A stretch of DNA of 64,000 nucleotides from a virus, in IMG/VR virus record IMGVR_UViG_3300017729_000001, positions 26,430 to 90,429 of that record; one strand, written 5' to 3'. The notes under the pieces are model-generated. The model was given only the letters and a program-made list of their open reading frames with translations, had not been told where the DNA came from and searched no databases. How positions within the stretch are numbered: the first letter of the stretch is position 1; each line of letters begins with the position of its first letter. Of this stretch, positions 8,902-19,232 are shown piece by piece. The translations under genes were made by a program, and so were the position numbers.

Positions 8902-10394
8902 AATTCTTCAAATTTCAAAATTTCCTTCACTTCTTCAGTTGCTGTATCGTAATCATTCAAGTATATTAACTTTGACTTTGCCCTAGTTATAGCAACATAT
9001 CTTAAATTTTCTTCTTGTTTTAGTTCCCAATCTTGTACGGCAAATTTACTGGGTATCAATTCAGGACAAAGTATATGTACTGTCTCATTTTCTAACCCTT
9101 TTGATTTATGGATAGTTGATAAACAAACCCCCACATTGTCTCCATCCTTAAAAATAGCCTTGATTCTGTCTTTTAAGTCTTTTGTGTACGTCAATCCATT
9201 ACTTAGAATATTAATGATGTCAATCTTATTCTTTAGCATGTCAATCCTATCGGTGTTGTCTGGATTTTTTACTCCCAAATTTACCAATCTCCTACGTTCC
9301 CCATTCAAGTTTCCTTTTAGTTTTACTTTCATGGACTTGATATTGGCTGTAGCAGTCTTATTTACCATCGAAATCAGATTCAATCCTATATCTGCCCCTC
9401 TTACGAATGACTTCACATTATTCGCTAGTAAATACATATTCAATATTATCAATGGCTTAACATTTCTACACAATACCCAATCACCCTCTTTTATGTCTTC
9501 GATGAATCCTGTTCTAACTTCCCCATCATCATTTTCTGAGTATGCTTCAATCTGGTCGTTAATTAGTTGTGCTTCAAATACTATTCTTTTTCCACACCTA
9601 TAATTTACTGACAAAGGCAATTCTATGGTCTTAGAATGTAGGTGCTTTAAGTTCATATAACTATCTACGTCAGCACCAGCAAAACCATATATTGCTTGAT
9701 TTGGGTCACCAACTGCTATCATCCGACCTCTTCTGGTCTTAATTCTCTTGATAATCATCTGCTGAATCTTAGACAAATCTTGACTCTCATCTACAAAAAC
9801 TGAATCGAATTTACTAACTGATACATCATCTTTGATAACCCTATAAATCATATCAGTGAAATCAAAATTCCTAGTGTCATTATTCATACCTCTTAGAATC
9901 TTATCCAACCTTTTACAGTCCTCTTCATCTATTAGAAATGAATGCTTTTCAGCTAGTTCTATGACCTCATCAGTTTCCTCTATATAGTTTTGCCTCATGA
10001 GGTCAAGAATCTTAGAATATGTGAAAAAATAATAGTTCAATTTTTTCTCCTTGATTCCATCAGCCATACAAACTCTTTTTATAAAAGGCATTGACTTATT
10101 AGGCTTCAGGTCGCACTTATACTTATAATGAGTCATTAAAGCCTTCCAACAAAATGAATGCATGGTTGTTATATTGACTCCATCCCTTTTTACTCTACTT
10201 CTAAGTTCATCAACTATACCATTATTAAACGCCACAAAAATAGATGTATTGCTAAGTGGCAATCTATTAAGACACTCTATCAAAGTTGTAGTTTTACCTG
10301 AACCTGCCACCGCAGAAATAACTACGTTTGATGACCCATTTTCTACTTCTTGATATATGTCTTTTTGGTATTTTGAATAATTCAAATTATTCAT
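8898..10394 (-). CDS. UvrD/Rep-like SF1 helicase (start probably MNNLNYS at 10394)
   Basis: AVAGSGKTT, FVDESQD, VGDPNQAIYGFAGA, LSVNYRC, STIHKSKGLE, YVAITRAK. Confidence 0.92.
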   Translation of the reverse strand: MNNLNYSKYQKDIYQEVENGSSNVVISAVAGSGKTTTLIECLNRLPLSNTSIFVAFNNGIVDELRSRVKRDGVNITTMHSFCWKALMTHYKYKCDLKPNKSMPFIKRVCMADGIKEKKLNYYFFTYSKILDLMRQNYIEETDEVIELAEKHSFLIDEEDCKRLDKILRGMNNDTRNFDFTDMIYRVIKDDVSVSKFDSVFVDESQDLSKIQQMIIKRIKTRRGRMIAVGDPNQAIYGFAGADVDSYMNLKHLHSKTIELPLSVNYRCGKRIVFEAQLINDQIEAYSENDDGEVRTGFIEDIKEGDWVLCRNVKPLIILNMYLLANNVKSFVRGADIGLNLISMVNKTATANIKSMKVKLKGNLNGERRRLVNLGVKNPDNTDRIDMLKNKIDIINILSNGLTYTKDLKDRIKAIFKDGDNVGVCLSTIHKSKGLENETVHILCPELIPSKFAVQDWELKQEENLRYVAITRAKSKLIYLNDYDTATEEVKEILKFEEL

Positions 10395-10707
10395 AGTATC
10401 TCCAAGTATGGTTGTCCGAAAACTTGTACATTGAATCTTTCTCTTTGCTGTACTTAGCCTCAAATCTCGTCAAGAAATCGAATTTATTTGCGGTTGAAAA
10501 TACATCACCTAGAATGAACGCAGTTATATCAACCCCACTAAATGTTAAATATGGTAAAGCTGAAACTGAACCTCCCACTGGTGGCTCAAACATTGAAACT
10601 TTAAACCATACTGATTCTCCATTAACCATCACCTCAAGTATCTGTTGTGAGTTTTCCGTCAAACAATGAATTGCTTCCTTTTTTAATCTATATGTCCCCA
10701 TTATCAA
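10387..10707 (-). CDS. hypothetical protein
   Basis: 106-aa ORF between sigma-like gene and helicase. Confidence 0.55.
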   Translation of the reverse strand: MIMGTYRLKKEAIHCLTENSQQILEVMVNGESVWFKVSMFEPPVGGSVSALPYLTFSGVDITAFILGDVFSTANKFDFLTRFEAKYSKEKDSMYKFSDNHTWRYYE

Positions 10708-11311
10708 TTAATTTTTGTAGTTGCTCTTTTATTTTTCTGATACTGTTATAGTATTTACTAACAGTCGCACCCTCGTTATTAACTATGAAGTCATCTTTCT
10801 TTTCGTAAAGCATCTTGGACATTAAAACTTTTTTATCGAAAGAATCAAGTTTCAAATTATCTATTACCATATTGACGCTGTATATTTCTTCTCTAGTGAA
10901 ATGGTCGTTGCTACTTTTAAAAGACACTTTCCAATCTCTATGAGAATTATACTTCCTGACTTCCTTATCGAACATTCTGTAGAAATTCCTAGAAAGTGAC
11001 TTGTTGAAATAAAAATAAAAACAGTTCTTTTTATTTACATTAAAATTGTCTACACACTTCATCATTACTATGAATGCTTCACCATACATTTCGGCTTCAA
11101 GATGACACCTTTCAGTCACTGATGAATTCCTAGCCAGATTGGAATAATTTTTAACATTCTTGATTACAATTTTCTTCATCAACTTGTACAGATTCAACTT
11201 GGATTGGTCAGTCTTCATCCTATTGCCGCCACGCTTGATCAACAACACGTATTTTGATGCTAACTTCCTATTAAATTTTGGGTCATCCTTGTCGAATATG
11301 TCGAAATACAT
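10688..11311 (-). CDS. RNA polymerase sigma factor-like protein
   Basis: Region-2-like EAFIVMMKCVDNFNVNKKNCFYFYF and C-terminal HTH-like TVSKYYNSIRKIKEQL. Confidence 0.6.
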   Translation of the reverse strand: MYFDIFDKDDPKFNRKLASKYVLLIKRGGNRMKTDQSKLNLYKLMKKIVIKNVKNYSNLARNSSVTERCHLEAEMYGEAFIVMMKCVDNFNVNKKNCFYFYFNKSLSRNFYRMFDKEVRKYNSHRDWKVSFKSSNDHFTREEIYSVNMVIDNLKLDSFDKKVLMSKMLYEKKDDFIVNNEGATVSKYYNSIRKIKEQLQKLIDNGDI

Positions 11312-11650
11312 TTATTTGCCTTCTTTAAAATTTTTAATCAATGTCTTGTTCTTTTCGTATTTTTGCTCACTAATTTCTTTCTTGTAGTGTTCTTTAGACC
11401 TCTTTGCTAGTTGTTCATTTCTTTTAGCAACTCCTGACTTACCACTTCCTGTTCCTATCATTATGTTGGCGTTGCTGAAATCAACTTTTCTATTAATGTA
11501 CTCTAACACTTCTCCATTCTCTGGGTTGACCAATATCTTGCCCCATCTATCCTTATAAAAAGTACCATCTGCTCCAAACCCAGTTGTGTACTGAGTGAAG
11601 TAAAATTCTTTTCCTGTCTTTGGACATCTAAATTGTGGTTTGCTTGCCAT
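11312..11650 (-). CDS. hypothetical protein
   Basis: 112-aa ORF, CPKTG / NPENG pseudo-repeat. Confidence 0.6.
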   Translation of the reverse strand: MASKPQFRCPKTGKEFYFTQYTTGFGADGTFYKDRWGKILVNPENGEVLEYINRKVDFSNANIMIGTGSGKSGVAKRNEQLAKRSKEHYKKEISEQKYEKNKTLIKNFKEGK

Positions 11651-12201
11651 TATACGTTTATTTTAGCTTTGAGCAAATGCAATATATGTAGCGCATCTGC
11701 TTCGTTATCATCCTTGCCTTCATATCCCCATAGACTTCTGGCATACTCAATCATCATCTCTTTATTAGCATTCCCCTTACCTGTAGCAAATTTCTTAATC
11801 TCTGACGCTGAGAATTCAATGTACTCCACTTCGTTTTCAACGCAAGTCTTTTCGATTATTGCTATTAGTTTGGAAGAATGTATTATTGGGTTGATGTTTC
11901 TGCCTGATGGTAATTCATAGGCTATCACTTCAATGCTATTTTCACGGATGAATTTTAATAGCCTGGACTCAAAACGAATCCATTTCATTCCTTGACTCTC
12001 TTTACTCTTGATTTTTAAGTTCCATAGTTCCACGTTGACAACATCACTGTTAGATGTTTGAAAAGCAACCCCACATAAGGTTGCTTGGTCAAAAGCAGCA
12101 ATATTTATTAGTGGCTGTTTTTTAGACAGCTTCAGTTGTTTTGCTCTATGTACCTTATCATCAATCTTTTTTTGTTTCGCTTTACTTCTAGTCTTGGCCA
12201 T
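11650..12201 (-). CDS. ruvC: RuvC-like Holliday junction resolvase
   Basis: AAFDQ...GVA; IAYE; SEIKKFATGKGNANKE.M; DDNEADA. Confidence 0.85.
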   Translation of the reverse strand: MAKTRSKAKQKKIDDKVHRAKQLKLSKKQPLINIAAFDQATLCGVAFQTSNSDVVNVELWNLKIKSKESQGMKWIRFESRLLKFIRENSIEVIAYELPSGRNINPIIHSSKLIAIIEKTCVENEVEYIEFSASEIKKFATGKGNANKEMMIEYARSLWGYEGKDDNEADALHILHLLKAKINV

Positions 12202-14062
12202 TTAAAATCAGTTTACTCACCCCATTTACTTTTTCAATACAAACTTCATTTTCGGCACCAATTGGGTCATTTCGGTGAGTAACTACCATCGTGGTAACTC
12301 CTAGTGTTTCCAAAATATTTAGCACGTCTTTCTGTCCTGTCCTGTCCAGACCTTCAAAAACTTCATCTAGTCCTAAAAAGTTTAGTCCACCATTATTAGC
12401 AGACATATTCATTAGTTTTTGAAGACCTACGATACAAGCCAAATTGACTCTACCTTTTTCACCCCCACTGTACCTCTCAAAACTCCCTTGTTTGATACCA
12501 TCCCTGACGATTGATATAGTGATGTTTTCTCTCACGTCATTATTTTTCAAAACTTTGTAACCTTCAATTTTCACCGACAAATCTGTATTAAATTTCCTAA
12601 GATACGAATTTGTAATGTGTTCAATTGTCTTTATAGACTGATTAGTGAGGTATGTTAGAAAACCTTTTTTGGAGAAATGATATATCCAAAAGTTTGCTTC
12701 TTCACTAGCAATCAAATGTTTAGACAATTTATCATCCTCAGAATCTTTATCAGCTTTGTACTCTTTTAGTTTTGATTGGAGTGATTTTACTTTGGTATTA
12801 TTTTTCTTTTCTTTTTCAAGTTTTTTTAGTTCTTCTTTAAAACCTTCAATGTTATTTTGAGCCATCTTATCCTTTTTGGATAGCATTTCAATATCAGTTT
12901 TCATCTGACTTATCCCTCCATTCAACTTTCTTACTTTGCTTGACAGCAAATCATTTTCTTCTAGTTGAGCATTCAGATTTTTATTGTCGGCAAGATATTT
13001 TTTGTTTTTATCTATTATGCCCTCAATAAACTTTTCTGCTACCTTAACCATTTCAGGAATGGTTTTGATATCTATATCCTCACCCTGATTCCATTCATGG
13101 CTACATTTAGGGCAAGTTGTAGTTCCTTTTAAAATTCTCTCCAGATGGTCAATATTATCTTTAGCCTCATTTATTTGTTTTTTGTTCTCTCTGACTATTC
13201 TGTTATTCTTATTAATCTTGCTTTCAATCTCAGTACAGTCAACCAAACTACTTTTTAAAATATCTAGCTTGGATATTTTCTCTTTTAAATCTTCACTCCA
13301 AGTCAATCTACGTTCCTTGATTGTTTCTATTTTATCAAGTTGGTCATCGATGTTGTCGTTGAGATTATTCATCCTATCCTTAAATCTCTCTTCACTATTC
13401 GCTTTTTCATCGTCAATCTGACCTGTGGTTATTTCGATGTAGCTATCAATCTTGATTATAGACTTTTCCAACTCGCCAATTATAGCAACTTGTTTTTTAT
13501 TCTGAGCCTTTAGTGATTCAACTCGTTTTTCTATCACATCAGCATTAGTCAATCTGCTAATGATTTTCTTTTGCTCACTATCTCCAGCAGTAAGGAATGA
13601 ATAATTTGAATCTTGCCCTACTATAAAAAAGTGAAGCAAGTCATCCCTCGTCACTCCTATCAAATCGAATATCCTAGCATTACACTCGTTGACTGAAGTC
13701 ATTTCGGTGTTCAACTCGCCATTTTCCCACAACTCTATTTTTGCCGACTTAGTTCTGTGTATCCATCTCTTTACCACTAGACTTTTTACATCACAAACAG
13801 CATTCTCTAATTGTAGTTCAACATAGCAAACATCTCCAGAATCATTAACAAATTCTGTTCTATTTACGTCACGACAAGTTTTGCCAGTCAAGGCTAAAGT
13901 CACACCCTCAATTAAACCACTTTTACCACTCCCATTACTATCTGCTCCTGAATCAGTCATATTCCTACCGAACAGCATTGTACACTTATTCTTTAGAAAT
14001 CTATATTCAGTATCAACATGCGAAAATAGGTTTTCAATTTTTATAACTTTTGGTTGCCACAT
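12188..14062 (-). CDS. sbcC: SbcC/Rad50/gp46-like recombination ATPase
   Basis: NGSGKS Walker A, coiled coil with CPKC zinc hook, YSGGEK signature, LDEVF, H-loop VTHR. Confidence 0.92.
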   Translation of the reverse strand: MWQPKVIKIENLFSHVDTEYRFLKNKCTMLFGRNMTDSGADSNGSGKSGLIEGVTLALTGKTCRDVNRTEFVNDSGDVCYVELQLENAVCDVKSLVVKRWIHRTKSAKIELWENGELNTEMTSVNECNARIFDLIGVTRDDLLHFFIVGQDSNYSFLTAGDSEQKKIISRLTNADVIEKRVESLKAQNKKQVAIIGELEKSIIKIDSYIEITTGQIDDEKANSEERFKDRMNNLNDNIDDQLDKIETIKERRLTWSEDLKEKISKLDILKSSLVDCTEIESKINKNNRIVRENKKQINEAKDNIDHLERILKGTTTCPKCSHEWNQGEDIDIKTIPEMVKVAEKFIEGIIDKNKKYLADNKNLNAQLEENDLLSSKVRKLNGGISQMKTDIEMLSKKDKMAQNNIEGFKEELKKLEKEKKNNTKVKSLQSKLKEYKADKDSEDDKLSKHLIASEEANFWIYHFSKKGFLTYLTNQSIKTIEHITNSYLRKFNTDLSVKIEGYKVLKNNDVRENITISIVRDGIKQGSFERYSGGEKGRVNLACIVGLQKLMNMSANNGGLNFLGLDEVFEGLDRTGQKDVLNILETLGVTTMVVTHRNDPIGAENEVCIEKVNGVSKLILNGQD

Positions 14063-14064
14063 AT

Positions 14065-14412
14065 CTATTTATTTTTGAACTTATATCTTGGACTCAATGA
14101 GTATTCCTCAACTCTCTCTATAATTCTTAACTCTGTGACTTCAACTCCCTTTTCTGCTAAATATGATTCAGCATGCTTGATGGCTTTTACAGGTGACTTG
14201 AACATTTTTGGTATTTTCAATCCTGTAATACCTTCAGAAATTTGCCAGAATTTTAGTGATTTTTTATTTACTTTGTGTAAGATGAAATCAAATTCTTCAA
14301 AGCCTTTAATCTTGACTCTTTTTGCTCCACCTACTTTTTGGAATGAATCCTTTTTTCTTATGAAAAAATTATCTGATACTTTTTCATATTTACTCGACAG
14401 TCTTTTTATCAC
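14065..14412 (-). CDS. hypothetical protein
   Basis: 115-aa basic ORF between sbcD and sbcC. Confidence 0.6.
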   Translation of the reverse strand: MIKRLSSKYEKVSDNFFIRKKDSFQKVGGAKRVKIKGFEEFDFILHKVNKKSLKFWQISEGITGLKIPKMFKSPVKAIKHAESYLAEKGVEVTELRIIERVEEYSLSPRYKFKNK

Positions 14413-15448
14413 CTTTTAATATTTTTAGTCCAACACTCAGTTTCTTTTGAGGAATGGATTGAACTTTACAATATTTCAAAAAGTGTTTCATAATCGTTTT
14501 TGAATTGAACTGAGTAAAGTTTTCACCCTCTACATTCACTACTCCATCAAGGTCATCGGTTGACTCAAATTTACAATCTATGCCAACATCAGTGAATCTA
14601 CTTAAAGTAATCTTGTCCAAGTCAGTTTTATTGCCCTGAAATACAAATCTCACATAATCGTCAGAATCTGTATAGAACTCTAATTCATTTTCAATAGCAT
14701 CAGAATCACTAGCATCAATTACCACTTTTTTATATTGTGGAAAATTAGATTGCTTGTGTTCCAAACTTCCATCATCGTATATTATCGTGAATCCTTTATC
14801 AGTGATATTTTCTCCGAAATTACCTTGGTACGCTGACCCTGTGTAGTAGATGTTTTGTCCTACCTTGCTAGCATCGTGATAATGACCAACCAATACCTTA
14901 TCCCACCACTTTACTGAACTGGGTGCTACGCCCTCTGAAACCTCTGAACCATCGTTGTTTTTGACTCCGTTAAAAGCCTTGTGAGTGATTAAAATATTCT
15001 TTTCGCAACCTACTTTATCTTGTAAATCTTGTAGCTTCATTAATCTCTTCTCATAGGAATCTGTAAAGTAAGGAATCCAACCTATACAAATATCAGGAAA
15101 ATCATCAAGCACTGTTATATTCTCATCTTTATAGACAACGAAATTTTCAGAATCAAATAAGTCTAAATAACTATTTTCAGAATCTTGGTCTGTCTTATCA
15201 TGATTACCAGGAATCGCCAAGCAAGTGATATTTCTTTCTTCTAGTTCCTTCACAATAGAATCCATCGCAATTAAGGTTGCTAAGTTTTGCCCCACTCTAT
15301 TAGTAAAGACATCACCGCCATGGAATATATGATTAACTCCTAGTTGCTCAGCCATCTTCATAGCTTGGCTGAATATATCCTTAACTTTCTTCAGATTGTC
15401 TTTATGCTTGTGTGTATCTGTTAAAAATACTGCTATTGGTTTCTTCAT
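14390..15448 (-). CDS. sbcD: SbcD/Mre11/gp47-like metallophosphoesterase nuclease
   Basis: TDTH, GGDVF, PGNHD, ITH, VGHYH motifs. Confidence 0.92.
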   Translation of the reverse strand: MKKPIAVFLTDTHKHKDNLKKVKDIFSQAMKMAEQLGVNHIFHGGDVFTNRVGQNLATLIAMDSIVKELEERNITCLAIPGNHDKTDQDSENSYLDLFDSENFVVYKDENITVLDDFPDICIGWIPYFTDSYEKRLMKLQDLQDKVGCEKNILITHKAFNGVKNNDGSEVSEGVAPSSVKWWDKVLVGHYHDASKVGQNIYYTGSAYQGNFGENITDKGFTIIYDDGSLEHKQSNFPQYKKVVIDASDSDAIENELEFYTDSDDYVRFVFQGNKTDLDKITLSRFTDVGIDCKFESTDDLDGVVNVEGENFTQFNSKTIMKHFLKYCKVQSIPQKKLSVGLKILKGDKKTVE

Positions 15449-16515
15449 CCTCTCTCGTCAATTATTTGTTTATGCCTCGCTTTCATAATTAACTTTGTCA
15501 TAAGTGCTAACAATTTATCGCCATTCTCATATAACTCAAAAAGTGTTCTTTTACTTCTCCATTCCAACTTACCTTTGAAAGATAAAATTGTTTTGGTTTT
15601 TTGTTCTATTATTCCTTGCTCTATTCCAAAATCAATGTCCTCATCTGATAGAACTATTCCATGACCCAAAAGAATCATTATGTCAGTTTTTTTCCTAGAA
15701 CCAAAATCATTCTTAACAACTTTCACTCTACTTATTTGAGCCACTTCAACTTCATCTATTCTCTCATGACCTATCACAGCCATCTGTAATCTCAAGGTTG
15801 GAAAAAACTCAACCCACTTACCACCTCCTGAAGTTTTACCTCCCATTCCACTCATCTTATCATAAACGTGGTTCAGCATGATAAAGTGAATAGTTGTGTC
15901 GTACATTTCGGCAGTTATGAACTTGGCGAACATTTTTGCTTGTTTGGCAAACGCACCCATCTGGGCATGTTTTATTTCTCCTTGTTTACCTTTCTCCATA
16001 GCTTTCTCCATAGCTTTGGTATTAATCTCCATAGTGTCTAATTCAGCTTTAGCTAGTGTTGCTCCAAGTGAATCCCACATGAAATAGAAAGATGGTTCAC
16101 CCCATTCTTCTTCAGTGAATATTTCTTTAGTGTCGTTAATTATTTTCTTCACTTTCATGAACATATCCTCAACGAATCTTATTTTCAGTATCACAACTTT
16201 CTCTGGGTTGATGCCTAGCTTCAAGGCATACTCTTTATTATCTCTATTTTCAGATGATAGAATGACTGCTACTCCGTTCTCAGTACTATCTAAAAAGTAT
16301 TTCATCCCCAGCAAACCTAGAGTGGTTTTACCAGACCTAGATGGTCCAGCAATCTCTATCATTCCTGTTGGAAAACCTAGAACACCAAGGTTGTATTCTA
16401 ATTGTGGACTTCCAGTGAAAGCCCAACTTTTAATATCTTTGAAATTATCTTTGTCTGAGAATCTAATTACATCCTCATTATCGAATCTTTTGACTAACTT
16501 GTCTGCTATTCCCAT
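15445..16515 (-). CDS. recA: RecA/UvsX-like recombinase
   Basis: EIAGPSRSGKTT, FMWDSLG, MLNH, TSGGG, VKVVKN. Confidence 0.88.
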   Translation of the reverse strand: MGIADKLVKRFDNEDVIRFSDKDNFKDIKSWAFTGSPQLEYNLGVLGFPTGMIEIAGPSRSGKTTLGLLGMKYFLDSTENGVAVILSSENRDNKEYALKLGINPEKVVILKIRFVEDMFMKVKKIINDTKEIFTEEEWGEPSFYFMWDSLGATLAKAELDTMEINTKAMEKAMEKGKQGEIKHAQMGAFAKQAKMFAKFITAEMYDTTIHFIMLNHVYDKMSGMGGKTSGGGKWVEFFPTLRLQMAVIGHERIDEVEVAQISRVKVVKNDFGSRKKTDIMILLGHGIVLSDEDIDFGIEQGIIEQKTKTILSFKGKLEWRSKRTLFELYENGDKLLALMTKLIMKARHKQIIDERG

Positions 16516-16527
16516 ACTTGTATTTTT

Positions 16528-16561
16528 AAAAAAGGTGCCCAGAAATTAATCCAGACACCTT
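16528..16561 (-). terminator. intrinsic terminator-like hairpin
   Basis: AAGGTGTCTGG...CTGGGCACCTT followed by T tract after SSB gene. Confidence 0.55.
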
Positions 16562-16574
16562 ACTGTTATGCTTA

Positions 16575-17750
16575 TTATTTACCTTTCAATCTTGCTCTTA
16601 TATCATCCATAGACATAGAACCAGATGTCTCTTGCTCATCTTCTTCATCCTCATCTTCATCCTCATCAGAATCAGCGTTGCGAATCGCATCGGCAATATC
16701 TTCATCACTCATAGACTTCTTAACAACAATATCTAGTTCTTCAGACTTGATATGCTTTTTAAGTTCCATTCTACTCATACCTGAGAATTCATCCCCATCC
16801 TCTTCAGAATCTTCATCCTCATCTTCCTCTTCATCTTCTTCCTCTTCTTCAACAACTGGAGCAGGCTTTTTTGACTGCTTTTTCGGTGCTGGCTTTTCAT
16901 CCTCATCCTCGTCATCCTCATCCTCAATTGCGTCATATTGACCTTTAACAGTCTCAATCGTATCTAACCAAGAATCATCATCGAACGCATCAACCTCAAA
17001 TTTAGCATCAAAGAACTTTAAACCCTCCAAAGCAGTTTCAAATTGACTCAATCCGTAAACTCCGACATACATTTCAGTAAGTGGTTTTGCTTGGTCAAAT
17101 AAATCTAAATCTGAATCACTGATAGCAATAGCTTTTTTACCAACTTGGACATCGTAAAAGTCTTCACCTTTCTTTTTATTAGGCTTTGAGTTGTATCTAA
17201 TTAACAACGGCAATCCGTCATCTACATCAGTGAATGGGTCAACCTCAATCGGCTCATCGTCATCCTCTACAAAAGTTGCTTTATTAATCGCATCACGAAC
17301 AGTCTTTTTAAACGCTAGCAATCCGAATTCATTACCATCTTTCTGAATCTTTACGGCATAAGCTATAAAGTGATGTTGAGCATTCAATCCATCTTTCCAA
17401 TGAGTCAATGCTTCAAGTGTATCTTTATCAGTAACATTCTTCTTACAGTAGTTTACATATTCCTGAATAATATCTCGTTTGGTTCCTCCATGTGCCCTAG
17501 AATCTAGCACAGTTCTTCTAATTTCTTCACCATCTTCATCTTCAAGAGTCAACCAATATCTCTTTCTCATGATATAATAGTCAGCTCCATCGTGAGGTGG
17601 TAAAAGTCTAAATTTGTTCGTTGCTCCCTCTTTTATCTCTAAAAAATCAGAGCCACCTTGATTAACACCAACCAAGGCATCTTCTTGTTGGACTTTTTTC
17701 TTCAGTGCTTCCAACTTAACTGGTTTGTACTTGTTTCTTAAATTCGCCAT
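16575..17750 (-). CDS. single-stranded DNA-binding protein, gp32-like (start probably MANLRNK at 17750)
   Basis: KFRLLPP, DPFTD.DDG, very acidic C-terminal tail; between UvsY-like and RecA-like genes. Confidence 0.75.
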   Translation of the reverse strand: MANLRNKYKPVKLEALKKKVQQEDALVGVNQGGSDFLEIKEGATNKFRLLPPHDGADYYIMRKRYWLTLEDEDGEEIRRTVLDSRAHGGTKRDIIQEYVNYCKKNVTDKDTLEALTHWKDGLNAQHHFIAYAVKIQKDGNEFGLLAFKKTVRDAINKATFVEDDDEPIEVDPFTDVDDGLPLLIRYNSKPNKKKGEDFYDVQVGKKAIAISDSDLDLFDQAKPLTEMYVGVYGLSQFETALEGLKFFDAKFEVDAFDDDSWLDTIETVKGQYDAIEDEDDEDEDEKPAPKKQSKKPAPVVEEEEEDEEEDEDEDSEEDGDEFSGMSRMELKKHIKSEELDIVVKKSMSDEDIADAIRNADSDEDEDEDEEDEQETSGSMSMDDIRARLKGK

Positions 17751-17778
17751 TTTATTTCGATTTTTATTAGTAACTATG

Positions 17779-18321
17779 TTAATCAATTTCGCCCTTTATT
17801 GCGCCATCTTTTATTTTGAAATATACATTATTCAGTTGCTGTTGAATAATCTTGTCATCAATGTCTCCTGTTCTCAAAGTCATACTCAACTTATCTAGCT
17901 TGTTTGACTTATCTCGTGCTGACTGATATATTGAATACATGTACTCTTTTTCTTTTTGTACATTCAACATTCTTTTTTTCTTAATCTTCCATTTAGCATG
18001 ATTAAGCATAGCTGAGTCAACCTCGTCAATAGTTGGTCTTTTTACTTTGCCTTTTTCATCACTGAAAGTTAATTCTTCACGCAACTCCTTTTTTAATTTA
18101 GCTTCAGTGATGCTTAAATCTAGTTTTGATTGTTGAAACTCATTATCCATATCGGCACATAACAATCCTAGCTTATTAACGACCACTGGAAAGGTGACAA
18201 GTTCCGCAACTAAATTATTGTAGTCAATGGATAATAACTTATCTAAGTCCACATCGTCAAACTCTTCTGTTCTAAAAAAGACAACCTTGTCTCCAATAGT
18301 GAATTTCATTTCTTTACTCAT
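17779..18321 (-). CDS. UvsY-like recombination mediator
   Basis: LSIDYNNL..EL...P; coiled coil; RPTIDEVDSA; position next to SSB/RecA. Confidence 0.55.
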   Translation of the reverse strand: MSKEMKFTIGDKVVFFRTEEFDDVDLDKLLSIDYNNLVAELVTFPVVVNKLGLLCADMDNEFQQSKLDLSITEAKLKKELREELTFSDEKGKVKRPTIDEVDSAMLNHAKWKIKKKRMLNVQKEKEYMYSIYQSARDKSNKLDKLSMTLRTGDIDDKIIQQQLNNVYFKIKDGAIKGEID

Positions 18322-18346
18322 CTTCTTTTATTTTAGTCTTTTGACA

Positions 18347-18607
18347 TTACTCAATTTTTTCCTTTTTTGAAGAATCTTGATTCATATCAATCATTCGCTC
18401 CAAATAGTCTTTCGCCTTTAATAAGTCTGTCAGATTGTGACCTTTGGTTGAGTTGGGTCTTGTAAACCTGTCCAGGTATCTTTTAACATTTTCAGAACAC
18501 CATATGTCACCACGTTCTTTACTTATTCTGTAGTTGGTTGATATCTGGTCGAACTCTCTTGGTCCATACTTACTTCTGTTTGATTCATTTAATTCCTTAA
18601 CGTCCAT
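18347..18607 (-). CDS. DUF3310-like protein
   Basis: NVKRYLDR...KG....DLLKAKDYLERMI matches the N..KY..R...K....DL.KA..YL pattern. Confidence 0.7.
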   Translation of the reverse strand: MDVKELNESNRSKYGPREFDQISTNYRISKERGDIWCSENVKRYLDRFTRPNSTKGHNLTDLLKAKDYLERMIDMNQDSSKKEKIE

Positions 18608-19232
18608 ATTTTGTATAATTTAATGATGAAATATCTACAAGCACTTGTTCTTCAAACTTGCCTCTTTCTTTTAGAGCCTTAAAACACTTGCCTGATGCTT
18701 CTCTTATTTTCTCGACACAATAATCAAACTCCTTGTATAAATCTTTATTGCCCAATGTTATTTCTTTTTTTACATAGAATAACATAGATAACCAATCAGC
18801 CAATTTTACGATGGTTTTAACCACTGGGTCATTATCTCCTAGCAGATACGACTTCAGCATATTGTTAGTTGGACTAAACTCCTTGAATTTAGTGCTTACC
18901 ATATGGTGACAATAGTCATCAATCATTTCTTTTATCTTGTGTCCGTTGTACTTATTGTACTTCACATTATGGGTAATGTCGCCTGAGAACATTTCATCGA
19001 AATCGTGAAATATCGCATATGTAGTTACATCCAATTTTAGCTTTTCTTCACCCTCTGGAAACATCTCTTCAACAAGTATTCTGGAGAACCAAGACACTAT
19101 AAAGGAATGGTGAGCAACTGACTCGTTGTTTATCCTATTCAATCCATTCCACCTTACTAAATTATTCAACTGGTCGTAATCAGCGTCAGTGAATATGTCG
19201 TCAAAAATATTATTCATAATTTTAATTGTCAT
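18597..19232 (-). CDS. HD-domain 5'-deoxynucleotidase / dNTP phosphohydrolase (YfbR-like)
   Basis: RW...ESVAHHSF.V...AIFHDFDEMFSGDI...VK...IVKLADWLS. Confidence 0.88.
   Translation of the reverse strand: MTIKIMNNIFDDIFTDADYDQLNNLVRWNGLNRINNESVAHHSFIVSWFSRILVEEMFPEGEEKLKLDVTTYAIFHDFDEMFSGDITHNVKYNKYNGHKIKEMIDDYCHHMVSTKFKEFSPTNNMLKSYLLGDNDPVVKTIVKLADWLSMLFYVKKEITLGNKDLYKEFDYCVEKIREASGKCFKALKERGKFEEQVLVDISSLNYTKYGR

Noticed and set aside
16630-16930. TCATCC/TCTTCA tandem repeats as an array or CRISPR
   Set aside because: They are codons of the Asp/Glu tract in SSB; no repeat-spacer structure
16775-16957. 60-aa minus-strand ORF inside SSB
   Set aside because: Alternative-frame reading of the acidic repeat
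18597-19232. Z-genome (diaminopurine) system suggested by DatZ-like HD protein
   Set aside because: No PurZ or MazZ homolog in the window; the linked enzyme is a pyrimidine-modifying TS-family protein
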